Assembly (NCBI GenBank): GCA_963797555.1
Contig: CAWCPV010000010.1
Span: 64,001-128,000, forward strand
Source: an uncultured Gammaproteobacteria bacterium
GTDB lineage: Bacteria > Pseudomonadota > Gammaproteobacteria > CAWCPV01
DNA length: 64,000 bases
Direction: 5' to 3'
Part shown: positions 10,919 through 20,428 of the stretch, piece after piece
How positions within the stretch are numbered: position 1 is the first letter of the stretch
How the letters are laid out: every line of letters starts with the position of its first letter
Position numbers and translations under genes: made by a program
The notes under the pieces: model-generated
The model's database searches: none
What the model saw: the letters and a program-made list of their open reading frames with translations, nothing else
Told to the model about the DNA's origin: nothing

Positions 10919-11914
10919 CTACACGCCCTTAACCCGGATGGAATCACCGATGCGCTGCACCGTAGCAGCCGGTACCTCTCCCACGACGGTGATCAGCAGA
11001 TCCTTCAGTGGCCGGCGGTATACATGGACCGCCCCCATCGCCTGGACGTGGGTCCGGCCCGCCGGGGCTGCACCGCCCGCCTTATCCGCTTCCTCCACGA
11101 ACAGTGAAACCGACGCCAGTCCATCCGTATAGACGACGTGGTCCGCCGCCGGACCGTTCGGCACCACCTGGCGCCTTTCGTGGACCGTCTGCGAGAATCC
11201 GGCCGGCAGCCACGTCACGCGCCAGCGCTCGTCGTCCGGGATGCTGTTACCCGCATCGGGCATGCGCCAAGTCAGATGACGGCCATGCGTCTGCGGCTCC
11301 AGCAGCGCGGGCGGCACGTGCGGCACGATGTCGATGGTGGTGAATAAGATCTGCTCCACCTGTTGCCCCGCCGCGTCCACAGTCTGTGACTTCAGTAACA
11401 GCGCGCTATCGTCATCCAGCCACAGGTCGTAACCGTAGCGGAACGAATCCTTTGGACGGATCATTACGTGTCTGGCCCCGCGGCCTGCCACGCGGTCGGT
11501 GCCCTCAAGGTGAAAGTCGTAGGATTTTTCAATGAGCGCGAACCGGTCGGCGAACAACTTCGGAAAAGGGCTGCGCGCACGCTTGGTGCCCACCTCGACC
11601 GCCGCCTCATCCGGAAGGATACAGGTCACCGTGTTGTTCTCGCGAATGACCTCGCGGACGGGCCCCGTGAGCGCGACCAAGCGCTCCCTCTCTGAGCCCC
11701 CCTCAACGCTGCGGATCACCCGCATCACGTCCGCCTTCGCACCCTGTACGTAAACGAATATGCCATCGTAGCTCAGCGAGTGGTCGGCGCGCGCCATTCG
11801 TTCCAGCCACGCTCGGGCATCGTCGTCGGCATGCACCAGCCCGCATTCGGCGAGCTGCAGAGCAACAAACAGCACCAGCGCGCGGCTGCGGCCGCGAGCA
11901 TGCACGCGACGCAT
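10919..11914 (-). CDS. rseB: Sigma-E negative regulator RseB/MucB
   Basis: Signal peptide, YDGIFVY, RVAGR, PKDSFRYGY, WLPAGF, YTDGLASVSLF, VGEVP. Confidence 0.92.
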   Translation of the reverse strand: MRRVHARGRSRALVLFVALQLAECGLVHADDDARAWLERMARADHSLSYDGIFVYVQGAKADVMRVIRSVEGGSERERLVALTGPVREVIRENNTVTCILPDEAAVEVGTKRARSPFPKLFADRFALIEKSYDFHLEGTDRVAGRGARHVMIRPKDSFRYGYDLWLDDDSALLLKSQTVDAAGQQVEQILFTTIDIVPHVPPALLEPQTHGRHLTWRMPDAGNSIPDDERWRVTWLPAGFSQTVHERRQVVPNGPAADHVVYTDGLASVSLFVEEADKAGGAAPAGRTHVQAMGAVHVYRRPLKDLLITVVGEVPAATVQRIGDSIRVKGV

Positions 11915-11916
11915 GG

Positions 11917-12456
11917 CTATCGGGTCGAGTGCCCGACCACCCTCACGTAGGGCAGCAAGCCGGGCATGCCGGCGACCGAGGCGTGGGCACTGTGGTCAAG
12001 CAGGTAGTTGTAAAGTCTGGCATAGGTTACCGGGGTCTCGCCGGCATGCGGGGCCGACGCCGATGTCACGACGCTGGGGGCCTGGGCGAGGCTGGCAACG
12101 GGAGGCGCCGCCAGCTCGGATTTCTCGCTCAGACGGTAGACGCCGAGCACCGCTATCGTGGTAATGGACGCCGCCATCGCCAGACCGAGCAATTCCTTGG
12201 TTCCGAAGCGCCACCCCAAGCGGGGGGCCAGAATGGTGGCTTCCGCCTCAAGGGCCTCACGCACCCTCTCGGCCAATGCCGGATCCACGACATCGGCCAG
12301 ATGGTTTCGTAGCGTGTCGCTGATCAAGTGGTAGTGTGCCCAGCGCCTGCGCAGGCCGGGGTCGCGCTCCAGCTTGTCCAGGAGTCCGGGCAGGATCGGG
12401 TCTTCCAGCTCGCCGTCCACGAGCCGGGAGATGTACTCGCCGCTGTCATCGCTCAT
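11917..12456 (-). CDS. rseA: Anti-sigma-E factor RseA/MucA
   Basis: ISRLVDGEL, WAHYHLISDTLR, one TM helix, YLLDH; directly after rpoE. Confidence 0.9.
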   Translation of the reverse strand: MSDDSGEYISRLVDGELEDPILPGLLDKLERDPGLRRRWAHYHLISDTLRNHLADVVDPALAERVREALEAEATILAPRLGWRFGTKELLGLAMAASITTIAVLGVYRLSEKSELAAPPVASLAQAPSVVTSASAPHAGETPVTYARLYNYLLDHSAHASVAGMPGLLPYVRVVGHSTR

Positions 12457-12466
12457 GTTCATACGA

Positions 12467-13048
12467 TCATCTGCCTTCCAACAGGGGTTCCAGCTTGCGG
12501 TTGATGGCCTCACGCGCACGGAAGATGCGTGAGCGCACGGTACCGATCGGGCATTCCATGGCCTGCGCGATCTCCTCGTAGCTAAGGCCCTCGAGCTCCC
12601 GCAAGGTGATGGCCGTGCGCAGGTCTTCGGGTAGCTGCTCGATCGCCTCCATGACTGTGCGCTCGATCTCGTCCTTCAGAAGCAGTCTTTCCGGGGTCGC
12701 ATACTCTTTCAGACTCGATTCACCTTCATATTGCTCCGCATCAAGGGCATCGATGTCCTCGTCCGGAGGTCGCCGGCCCTGAGCAACGAGGTGATTCTTG
12801 GCAGTATTGATGGCGATCCGATACATCCATGTGTAAAAGGCGCTGTCTCCTCGGAACTTAGGCAGCGCCCGGTAGGCCCGCAGCATTGCTTCCTGCGTGA
12901 CGTCGAGAACCTCGGACGGGTCGTGGATATAGCGCGACACGAGCTTCGTGATCTTGTGTTGGTATTTCAACACGAGCAGATCGAACGCCTTCTTGTCACC
13001 CCGCTGAACCCTCTCGACAAGGACTTGATCAGCCTGCTGCTCGCCCAT
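12467..13048 (-). CDS. rpoE: ECF sigma factor RpoE/AlgU
   Basis: GDKKAFDLLVLKYQHK, FRGDSAFYTWMYRIAINTAKN, CPIGTVRSRIFRAREAI. Confidence 0.97.
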   Translation of the reverse strand: MGEQQADQVLVERVQRGDKKAFDLLVLKYQHKITKLVSRYIHDPSEVLDVTQEAMLRAYRALPKFRGDSAFYTWMYRIAINTAKNHLVAQGRRPPDEDIDALDAEQYEGESSLKEYATPERLLLKDEIERTVMEAIEQLPEDLRTAITLRELEGLSYEEIAQAMECPIGTVRSRIFRAREAINRKLEPLLEGR

Positions 13049-13095
13049 GCGGGCATTCCCCTTTTTTTTCTGAGCAAGTCCTTTTGCACACCGCT

Positions 13096-13122
13096 ATAGA
13101 CACTGGTGTTTGCATATGGTTC
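13096..13122 (-). promoter_or_regulatory. Putative sigma-E autoregulatory promoter of rpoE
   Basis: Minus strand GAACCA-N16-TCTAT, resembling the RpoE/AlgU consensus GAACTT-N16-TCTRA, about 50 bp before the rpoE ATG. Confidence 0.6.
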
Positions 13123-13212
13123 GCGCCTGCGAAGGGACCAGGGTGGATTTTCCCCATTCTCCTGCCACCCTGAGCCGGTTATATTGACGGACATTTGGAC
13201 AGGCCGGTTATT

Positions 13213-14853
13213 ATGGAGTCAAACCCTTCCTCCGCCAACTCTCGCCCGCCGAGCCACGCCTACGACGTCCTAGTCATCGGCGGCGGAGCCGCTGGGCTGA
13301 CGCTGGCGTTGCGCGTCGCACCCTTGGCGCGCATCGCCGTCCTCACCAAGCAGGCTCTGACAGAGAGCGCCACGCTCTATGCCCAGGGCGGCATTTCGGC
13401 AGTCCTCGACGAGGGGGACTCCATGGAGTCCCATATCCAGGACACCATGGACGCAGGTGCGGGTCTGTGCCATCCCGATGTCGTTCGTCTCACCGTGGAG
13501 CACGCCCCCGATGCCGTGGCGTGGTTGATAGCCCAGGGTGTGGGCTTCACTCGCACCTCGCGACCGGACGGGACCTTGGACTACCACCTGACCCGGGAGG
13601 GGGGGCATAGCCACCGTAGGGTCCTGCACGCGGCGGATGCCACGGGGCGAGCCGTGGCGACGACCCTGGAGCAACTCGTCCGGAGCCACCCCAATATCGA
13701 CGTGTACGAGCACCACGTCGCGATCGACATCATCACCGAGAGACACCTGGGCGGAGCTGGACAGAGCTGCTTAGGCGCCTACGTGCTGGATCGCTCGCGG
13801 GATTACGTCTCGGTGTTCCGTGCGAGAGTCACCGTGCTGGCCACCGGCGGGGCCGGGAAAGTCTACCTGTACACGAGCAACCCGGACGTAGCCACCGGGG
13901 ACGGAATCGCGATGGCCTGGCGTGCGGGGTGCCGGGTCGCCAACTTGGAGTTCATACAGTTCCATCCAACCTGCCTGTACCACCCGCACGCGAAGTCCTT
14001 CCTCATCACCGAAGCGGTGCGCGGCGAGGGGGGGCGGCTCCTGCTGCCTGACGGAGCACCCTTCATGAGCGGCTTCGACCCGCGGGCCGAACTCGCCCCG
14101 CGCGACATCGTGGCTCGGGCCATCGACCATGAGATGAAACGGCTGGGCATCGATTGCGTCTATCTGGACATCAGCCACAAACCGGCGGAGTTCATCCGAA
14201 CCCATTTTCCCACCGTCTACGCGCACTGCCTCGAATTCGGCTTCGACATGACGCAAGGTCCCATCCCGGTGGTCCCGGCAGCCCATTACACCTGCGGCGG
14301 GGTAATGACCGACGGGTACGGCCGCACCGACGTCCCGAGTCTCTATGCCATCGGGGAGGTGGCCCATACCGGCCTGCACGGAGCCAACCGCATGGCGAGC
14401 AATTCCCTCCTCGAATGCTTGGTGTTCGCCGAGTCCGCAGCCCGCGACATCCAGCAACGTCTCGACCAGCGGCCGATGCCACCGGATCTGCCTCCCTGGG
14501 ACGAGAGCCGCGTGACGGACTCCGATGAGGAGGTGGTAGTGTCCCACAACTGGGAGGAGCTGCGCCGCTTCATGTGGGATTATGTGGGGATTGTCCGCAC
14601 CAGCAAGCGGCTGGAGCGGGCGAAACGGCGCGTCGATTTACTCACGCGGGAGATTGCCGAGTACTACGGAAACTTCCGCGTGACCAACGACCTCATCGAG
14701 CTCCGCAATCTGGTACTGGTAGCCGACCTGATCATTCGTTGTGCCCTCGCCCGCAAAGAGAGCCGAGGTCTTCATTACACTCTGGACTACCCGGAGCCGG
14801 ACGCTACGGCGGCCCCCGCGGACACGGTGCTAGCTCCTCCCGACTCCGGGTGA
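13213..14853 (+). CDS. nadB: L-aspartate oxidase
   Basis: [50 protein letters not shown]; divergent from rpoE. Confidence 0.96.
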   Translation: MESNPSSANSRPPSHAYDVLVIGGGAAGLTLALRVAPLARIAVLTKQALTESATLYAQGGISAVLDEGDSMESHIQDTMDAGAGLCHPDVVRLTVEHAPDAVAWLIAQGVGFTRTSRPDGTLDYHLTREGGHSHRRVLHAADATGRAVATTLEQLVRSHPNIDVYEHHVAIDIITERHLGGAGQSCLGAYVLDRSRDYVSVFRARVTVLATGGAGKVYLYTSNPDVATGDGIAMAWRAGCRVANLEFIQFHPTCLYHPHAKSFLITEAVRGEGGRLLLPDGAPFMSGFDPRAELAPRDIVARAIDHEMKRLGIDCVYLDISHKPAEFIRTHFPTVYAHCLEFGFDMTQGPIPVVPAAHYTCGGVMTDGYGRTDVPSLYAIGEVAHTGLHGANRMASNSLLECLVFAESAARDIQQRLDQRPMPPDLPPWDESRVTDSDEEVVVSHNWEELRRFMWDYVGIVRTSKRLERAKRRVDLLTREIAEYYGNFRVTNDLIELRNLVLVADLIIRCALARKESRGLHYTLDYPEPDATAAPADTVLAPPDSG

Positions 14854-14890
14854 CCCCGTCGCGGGCGGCCGCCGCGTTGCGAGCACGCCG

Positions 14891-15328
14891 CTAGCGGCCG
14901 GTCATGGTGAGTCGCGCCCGCAGTCGCCGCAACGTCGCGGCGTCCACACTGTCGCGAAGCAGCACCACGGAGCGTTTTCCGGTCTCGGCGTGGAAGTTGA
15001 GCACCACGAGCTGCGGGTGAACGTAGGCGCCCGGCAGCAGCTCTGCGGCGTGGGCAGTGCCGTCCGCGTAGAGCAGGGTCCAGTGGCCTTCGGCTTCCCA
15101 GACGACGTGCACGACAGCGTGCTTGTCGCGCAGCAGCGCGTACTTTCTCAGGGTGTGCACCAGGCTGGCGACCACCCCGAACGCGAAAACCAGGGTCAGC
15201 CACGGCGGCGCGGCAACCGTCGGCAACAGCGCCAGCGCCCCGCCATGGATGAACAGCAAGGCGAGCGCGAGCCGTCGAGACGGCCGCAGCTTAACGTGCA
15301 GCCCCTTCCCGGATCCTTCGGACGACAC
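14891..15328 (-). CDS. YgfX-like inner-membrane protein
   Basis: LRPSRRL, two TM helices, C-terminal DSVDAATLRRLRARL; directly downstream of sdhE; start uncertain. Confidence 0.75.
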   Translation of the reverse strand: MSSEGSGKGLHVKLRPSRRLALALLFIHGGALALLPTVAAPPWLTLVFAFGVVASLVHTLRKYALLRDKHAVVHVVWEAEGHWTLLYADGTAHAAELLPGAYVHPQLVVLNFHAETGKRSVVLLRDSVDAATLRRLRARLTMTGR

Positions 15329-15536
15329 GGGCAGCTTCAGTGTCGTACGGCGCCATCTGCCCCGTGAGACAGTGCAGCAGGGTGCGGTCCGGGTAGCGCA
15401 GCAGCGTCTCGAAGGCGTCTCGCTCGGGCCGGCTGAGATCCTGCCATTGACACTCCAGAAAGCCCTGCAACAGGGCATCCAGCTCCAGCATTCCCCTTCG
15501 ACATTGCCAGCGCAGACGCGCGGGTACCTCGGTCAC
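15291..15536 (-). CDS. sdhE: Succinate dehydrogenase flavinylation factor SdhE
   Basis: RLRWQCRRGMLELD with the RGxxE motif; GTG start overlaps the sdhB stop. Confidence 0.92.
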   Translation of the reverse strand: MTEVPARLRWQCRRGMLELDALLQGFLECQWQDLSRPERDAFETLLRYPDRTLLHCLTGQMAPYDTEAARVVRRIREGAAR

Positions 15537-16228
15537 AGAGAACCCTCGAGCATCGTGTGCTTGATGAGACCGATGGCCCGCGTCGGATTTAGCCCCTTCG
15601 GGCACACCTGCACACAGTTCATGATGGTGTGGCAGCGGAAGAGTTTGTAGGCGTCATCCAGCGCGGCGAGCCGCTCCGCTGCCGCCTGGTCGCGGCTGTC
15701 GGCAATGAACCGGTATGCCTGCAGCAGTGCGGCCGGGCCCAGGAACTTGTCCGGATTCCACCAGTAAGACGGGCAGGCGGTGGAGCAACAGGCGCAGAGA
15801 ATGCATTCGTACAGCCCGTCCAGCCGGTCACGCTGTGCGGGCTCCTGGAGATATTCGATTTCCGGCTCCGGGTCGCGCACCGTGAGGTAAGGCTTGACTG
15901 CCCGGTATTGACGGTAGAACGGCTCGAGGTCCACTACGAGATCGCGGATCACCGGAAGCCCTGGCAGTGGCCGCAGCGTGACCGGCTCCCGCAGGCGGGC
16001 GAGCGGCGTGACGCAAGCAAGCCCGTTGATGCCATTGATGTTCATGGCGTCCGAGCCACACACCCCCTCGCTGCAGGAGCGCCTGAAGCTCAGACTGTCA
16101 TCCTGCGCCTTGATGCGCATCAGCGCCGCGAGCAGCATCATTCCCGGCTCGATATCCTCGATCAGATATTCCTGCATGCGCGGCTCGGCGTCGCGCTCCG
16201 GCTCGTATCGGTAGATCGAGAAACGCAT
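15533..16228 (-). CDS. sdhB: Succinate dehydrogenase iron-sulfur subunit
   Basis: RRSCSEGVCGSD, ECILCACCSTACP, RCHTIMNCVQVCP. Confidence 0.97.
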   Translation of the reverse strand: MRFSIYRYEPERDAEPRMQEYLIEDIEPGMMLLAALMRIKAQDDSLSFRRSCSEGVCGSDAMNINGINGLACVTPLARLREPVTLRPLPGLPVIRDLVVDLEPFYRQYRAVKPYLTVRDPEPEIEYLQEPAQRDRLDGLYECILCACCSTACPSYWWNPDKFLGPAALLQAYRFIADSRDQAAAERLAALDDAYKLFRCHTIMNCVQVCPKGLNPTRAIGLIKHTMLEGSL

Positions 16229-16284
16229 AGAGGCTGCCCCCTGGACCTGGCAGACGCGCTCGGCTGCAATCGCCTGCCGGTTTT

Positions 16285-18047
16285 TCAGTATACGCGCTCC
16301 TTGGGGGGAAGCTGTCGACCGTCAACGGCCTCAGGCGCACCGGCTTGTATTCCACCCGCCGGCCATCCCGATAGTAAAGGCTGTGCTTGAGCCAGCGCAT
16401 GTCGTCCCGTCCCGGAAAGTCACTACGCCAATGGGCGCCGCGGCTCTCCTCGCGGGCCAGCGCGGAGGTCACGGTGGCCAACGCCAGATCCATGAGGTTC
16501 TCCAGTTCCAGGGCTTCTACACGGGCCGTGTTGAACACCCTGCTGTGGTCCTGGATACCCACCCGTTGCAGGCGCTCCTGGAGCGCGAGCAGGCGGGCCA
16601 ACCCGTGCTCCAAGACCTCCCGGCTGCGGAACACCCCGCAGTCCTCCCCCATGATGCGGCGCAGCTCTGCCTGCAGATCGGCCACCGACCCTCCGTCGCC
16701 TTGCCGGTCCCAGCGTGCCAGGCGCGCCACGGCTTCTTCCCCCGCGGATTCTGGCAGGGAACGATGGTAACGCTGCTCTCGCAGGTACTCGGCCACGTGA
16801 TTGCCTGCGGCGCGGCCGAAGACCACGATGTCCAGCAAAGAGTTGCCGCCGAGCCGATTGGCCCCGTGCACCGAGACACAGGCGCACTCACCGACCGCAT
16901 AAAGCCCGGGCAGCGCTTCTTCGGGGCCGTGACGCTCCGGCACGACCACTTGGCCGAAGCGGTTGGTGGGTATCCCACCCATCGTGTAGTGCGCGGTGGG
17001 AGCCACGGGGACGGGCCGCTCGATGGGGTCGAGATGCAGGAACGTAAGGCACATCTCCCGTATCCCGGGCAGACGCTTGCGGATGACCTCCGCGCCCAGA
17101 TGGTCGAGCTTGAGCAGCACGTGATCGCCCTGCGGCCCACAGCCGCGGCCCTCGCGGATCTCCGTGGCAATGGCACGGCTCACCACGTCCCGGCTGGCAA
17201 GGTCCTTGGCGTGGGACGCGTAGCGCTCCATGAAGCGCTCGCCGTCGCGGTTCAGCAGGTATCCCCCCTCGCCGCGGGCGCCCTCGGTGATCAGCATGCC
17301 GCGGCCGGCAATGCCAGTCGGGTGGAACTGGAAGAATTCCATGTCCTGGAGCGGTATCCCGGCGCGCAAGGCCATCGCCATCCCGTCCCCGGTGTTGATG
17401 AGGGCGTTGGTGGTGGTGCGGAAAAGCTGCCCCGCTCCGCCGGTCGCGATGAGAGTGCACTTGGCCTCGATGATGAGCGGCTGCCCGCTGCCGATATCCA
17501 GGACCACGGCACCCAGCACGTAGCTCTCCTGGTCGCGGATGAGATCCACCGCGAAGTGCTCGTCGAAGAAATGGGTCTTGGCCCGGATATTCTGCTGGTA
17601 AAGGGTGTGCAGGATGGCATGGCCGGTGCGGTCGGCGGCGGCGCAGGTACGAGCGGCCTGCGCACCGCCAAAGTCCTGACTCTGGCCGCCGAAGGGACGC
17701 TGGTAGATGCGGCCGTTCGGCAGGCGGCTGAACGGCACGCCGCAGTGCTCCAGCTCGATGACCAGCTTTGAGGCCGCACGACACATGTATTCGATCGCGT
17801 CCTGGTCCCCCAGGTAATCGCTCCCTTTCACCGTGTCATACATGTGCCACACCCATTTGTCGGGTTGCACATTGCCCAGCGCCGCGTTCATGCCCCCTTG
17901 GGCGGCCACGGTGTGTGAGCGGGTGGGAAACACCTTGGACACGACAGCCACGTTGGCCTCCGCCTGAGCGAGCTGGAGCGCGGCCCGCAATCCGCCGCCG
18001 CCCGCCCCGATCACCAAGACGTCGAACCTGCGCCGAGGTAAGCTCAT
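16285..18047 (-). CDS. sdhA: Succinate dehydrogenase flavoprotein; one base missing in the G run near 16303-16308
   Basis: RSHTVAAQGG (covalent FAD His), QFHPTG, HYTMGG, HGANRLGGNSL. Adding one base restores FPPKERVY-stop at 16285 (about 587 aa). Confidence 0.95.
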
Positions 18048-18385
18048 TGGCCGCTCGCGCTCCACAGCGTGAGGGTCACCCACGCACCCTGTCCCAGCAC
18101 GGCGAAGGCCAGCAGCGCCAACAGGCAAGCACGCCAGGGGAGGGACCGCACATAATCCATGAGGATGTTGCGCACGCCTACCCAGACGTGCATCAAGAGC
18201 ATCAAAAAGAATAGCCCGGTGGCGACCTCGACGGCCGGGCGAATCGTCCAGGCATGCCACTCGGCATAGGTGCGAGGCGTAGCGAACGCGAAGTGAACCA
18301 ACAGGTAGCCGACGAAGCCGAGTAGATACACGGCGCTCACGCGCTGCCATACCCAAGCCCGCAGCCCCGTCAGCAGCGAGCTCAT
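18044..18385 (-). CDS. sdhD: Succinate dehydrogenase membrane anchor
   Basis: GLRAWVWQRVSA, HVWVGVRNILMDYV. Confidence 0.92.
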   Translation of the reverse strand: MSSLLTGLRAWVWQRVSAVYLLGFVGYLLVHFAFATPRTYAEWHAWTIRPAVEVATGLFFLMLLMHVWVGVRNILMDYVRSLPWRACLLALLAFAVLGQGAWVTLTLWSASGQ

Positions 18386-18765
18386 GTCAACACCAGCGCC
18401 GCGACCAAGAGCAGCACCGCCAACCCTCCGGCGTTCACCGCCCAAGCGCTCGCCCGCGCCGGTGCAAGCCGCAACCCGACGCCGAGGTCCGCAAGGAGCA
18501 GGCGCACGCCGGCCAGCCCGTGATGGACGAGCGCCCATGTCAGGAGCACAGCCCAGAGACGCACGGGGAGATGATCCCACAGCGCCGCGATAGCCGCGAA
18601 GGACTTCGGCCCACGGAGGGAGCCCTCCCAGGCGAAGATGAGGACCGGGGCGGACAAGGCGAGCACGACGCCGGAGATACGATGGAGGACGGACGTGAGT
18701 GCCCCCACCGGCAAACGGATGTGCCTGAGGTCGAGGAAAACCGGCCGTCTAGTATTGCCGTTCAT
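18382..18765 (-). CDS. sdhC: Succinate dehydrogenase cytochrome b556 subunit
   Basis: RPVFLDL, SVLHRISG, HHGLAGVR. Confidence 0.92.
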   Translation of the reverse strand: MNGNTRRPVFLDLRHIRLPVGALTSVLHRISGVVLALSAPVLIFAWEGSLRGPKSFAAIAALWDHLPVRLWAVLLTWALVHHGLAGVRLLLADLGVGLRLAPARASAWAVNAGGLAVLLLVAALVLT

Positions 18766-18871
18766 GGCTGGGAGCATCATTGGGGAGCGCGACAGGATGT
18801 TATCATAGCGCGCTACGGCGTCGTACCGCACCGCGCGGGGCGCTGGAGCTGGGCCACAGACGGCAACGATC

Positions 18872-19950
18872 ATGAGAGCGGAGTGGAAGGCATTTCTCGA
18901 GGGTTCAGGCGCACGGCGGAGGGACGGACGGGTCGCCGACTTCGGCCGGCCGGACGATGATCTGCGGCAGGCCGCTGCGGGGGATATCCTGACGGATCTC
19001 TCGCACCTCGGCCTGATTGGCGTGGGGGGAGAGGATGCCGCCACCTTCCTTCAGGGCCAACTGACCTGCGACGTACGTCAGGTCAATGAAACGTGTGCCA
19101 CCTTGGGCGCCTACCTGAACCCGAAGGGACGCGCCCTGGCAGTGTTCCGCCTTTCCCGGCAATCGAGTGCGTACTATCTGAGCCTCCCGCGGGAGTTGCT
19201 CGATCCCGTGCTCAAGCGGCTGCGCATGTTCGTCCTTCGCGCCAAGGTGGTGTTGGAGGACGCCAGCGACACGTTCCTGCGGGTGGGAGTCTCGGGTCCG
19301 AATGCCGGCGCCCGCCTCGCCGCACGGCTGGGTGCGATCCCCCCGGAGGTGGGCGGTGTCACGCAGGTGAATGGTCTGTCCGTGTTGTGCATTCACGGCA
19401 TTCAGCCACGTTTCGAGATTCTCAGCGCGGAAATCGAGCCCATGAAGGCCCTCTGGGCGGAGCTGAGCGAGAGCATGATCCCGGTGGGCGCAAGCCCGTG
19501 GGATCTGCTGGATATCCTGGCAGGCGTCCCGGCGGTCCGTCCGGAGACCGTGGCGGCGTTCGTCCCCCAGATGCTGAATCTGCAGGCCCTGGGAGGCATC
19601 AGCTTCACCAAGGGCTGCTATACGGGACAGGAAATCGTGGCGCGCACTCACTACCTGGGAAAGCTCAAGCGGCGCATGTACCGGGCCCATGTCGACAGCG
19701 ACACGCCCCCGCGGCCTGGGCAGGCGCTCCACGGTTCCGGGCTGGGTGAGGAGCAGGACGCCGGCACAATAGTCGCCGCCGCCCCCTCCCCCAAGGGGGC
19801 TACGAAGTGCTGGCCGTGCTGCTGATGGAGAGCGCACGCGCAGGAGGAGTGAGGTTGGAGAATCCCGAGGGCGCGGCGCTCGCGTTCCGCGACCTCCCCT
19901 ATGCCGTCGAGGTCGAAACCGACACTGCGACCAGCGCCGAGGCACCCTGA
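18872..19950 (+). CDS. ygfZ: Folate-binding Fe-S repair / tRNA-modification protein YgfZ; one base missing near 19790
   Basis: FLQGQLTCD, KGCYTGQEIVAR signature. A shifted frame continues GYEVLAVLL...DLPY to a stop at 19950. Confidence 0.92.
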
Positions 19951-19969
19951 CGGGCGTTCGCAGCACCGC

Positions 19970-20260
19970 TTATCGTAACGGCAGCGGCGGCTTCGCCTCG
20001 GGCATTGCTGCGGTCAATGCCTGCAGGAAGGCGGGCAGGTCCCACTCTCCCCAACCGTAGGTCTCAGGGGCACGAGCAGGGGCGACTCCTGGGGACCGCC
20101 CACCGCCCCCGTCATAAGAAATCGATCACTTCCTCAGGGCGGCAAAAGCGCCCTCGTGCATGTAGCGTGCGGTCTGGGTGACGGCGCGCAGGGTCGGCTC
20201 TTGAACGCCCCCCGGTGTCGCTCTGCTCCCTGGTCACAGTGCAGACGCTGGTATGTGCCC
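19970..20260 (-). pseudogene. Degraded C-terminal fragment of a di-heme cytochrome c peroxidase (CcP/MauG family)
   Basis: Stitching frames gives VTREQSDTG/AFK/TLRAVTQTARYMHEGAFAA/EEVIDF/YDGGG...DLPAFLQALTAAMPEAKPPLPLR-stop. This resembles the family pattern GxFKTPxLRNVxxTAPYMHxGxFxTLEEVxxFYxxGG...DLVAFLxALT. Several frameshifts and no N-terminus. Confidence 0.7.
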
Positions 20261-20371
20261 CTATACCCGACAGCCAGCGATGCGCACGCGGCTCTGGTGC
20301 CGCCTCGGCCGTCAACCAGCGCGCCCGATGGCGCGACGTAGCGGATAGGCGGGACTTCGGCCGGCGACCCA

Positions 20372-20408
20372 CAACAAAAGACCCACCCCCCTCGCGGGGG
20401 ATGGGTCT
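20372..20408 (-). terminator. Rho-independent terminator of the multiheme cytochrome gene
   Basis: AGACCCA-CCCCC...GGGGG-A-TGGGTCT stem followed on the minus strand by TTTGTTG; about 20 bp after the stop at 20429. Confidence 0.75.
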
Positions 20409-20428
20409 GTGACACTCACCGGCTTTCG

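Noticed and set aside
14891-15536. YgfX-SdhE as a CptAB toxin-antitoxin pair
   Set aside because: SdhE has an established flavinylation role and sits in the sdh operon here; nothing in the sequence supports toxicity.
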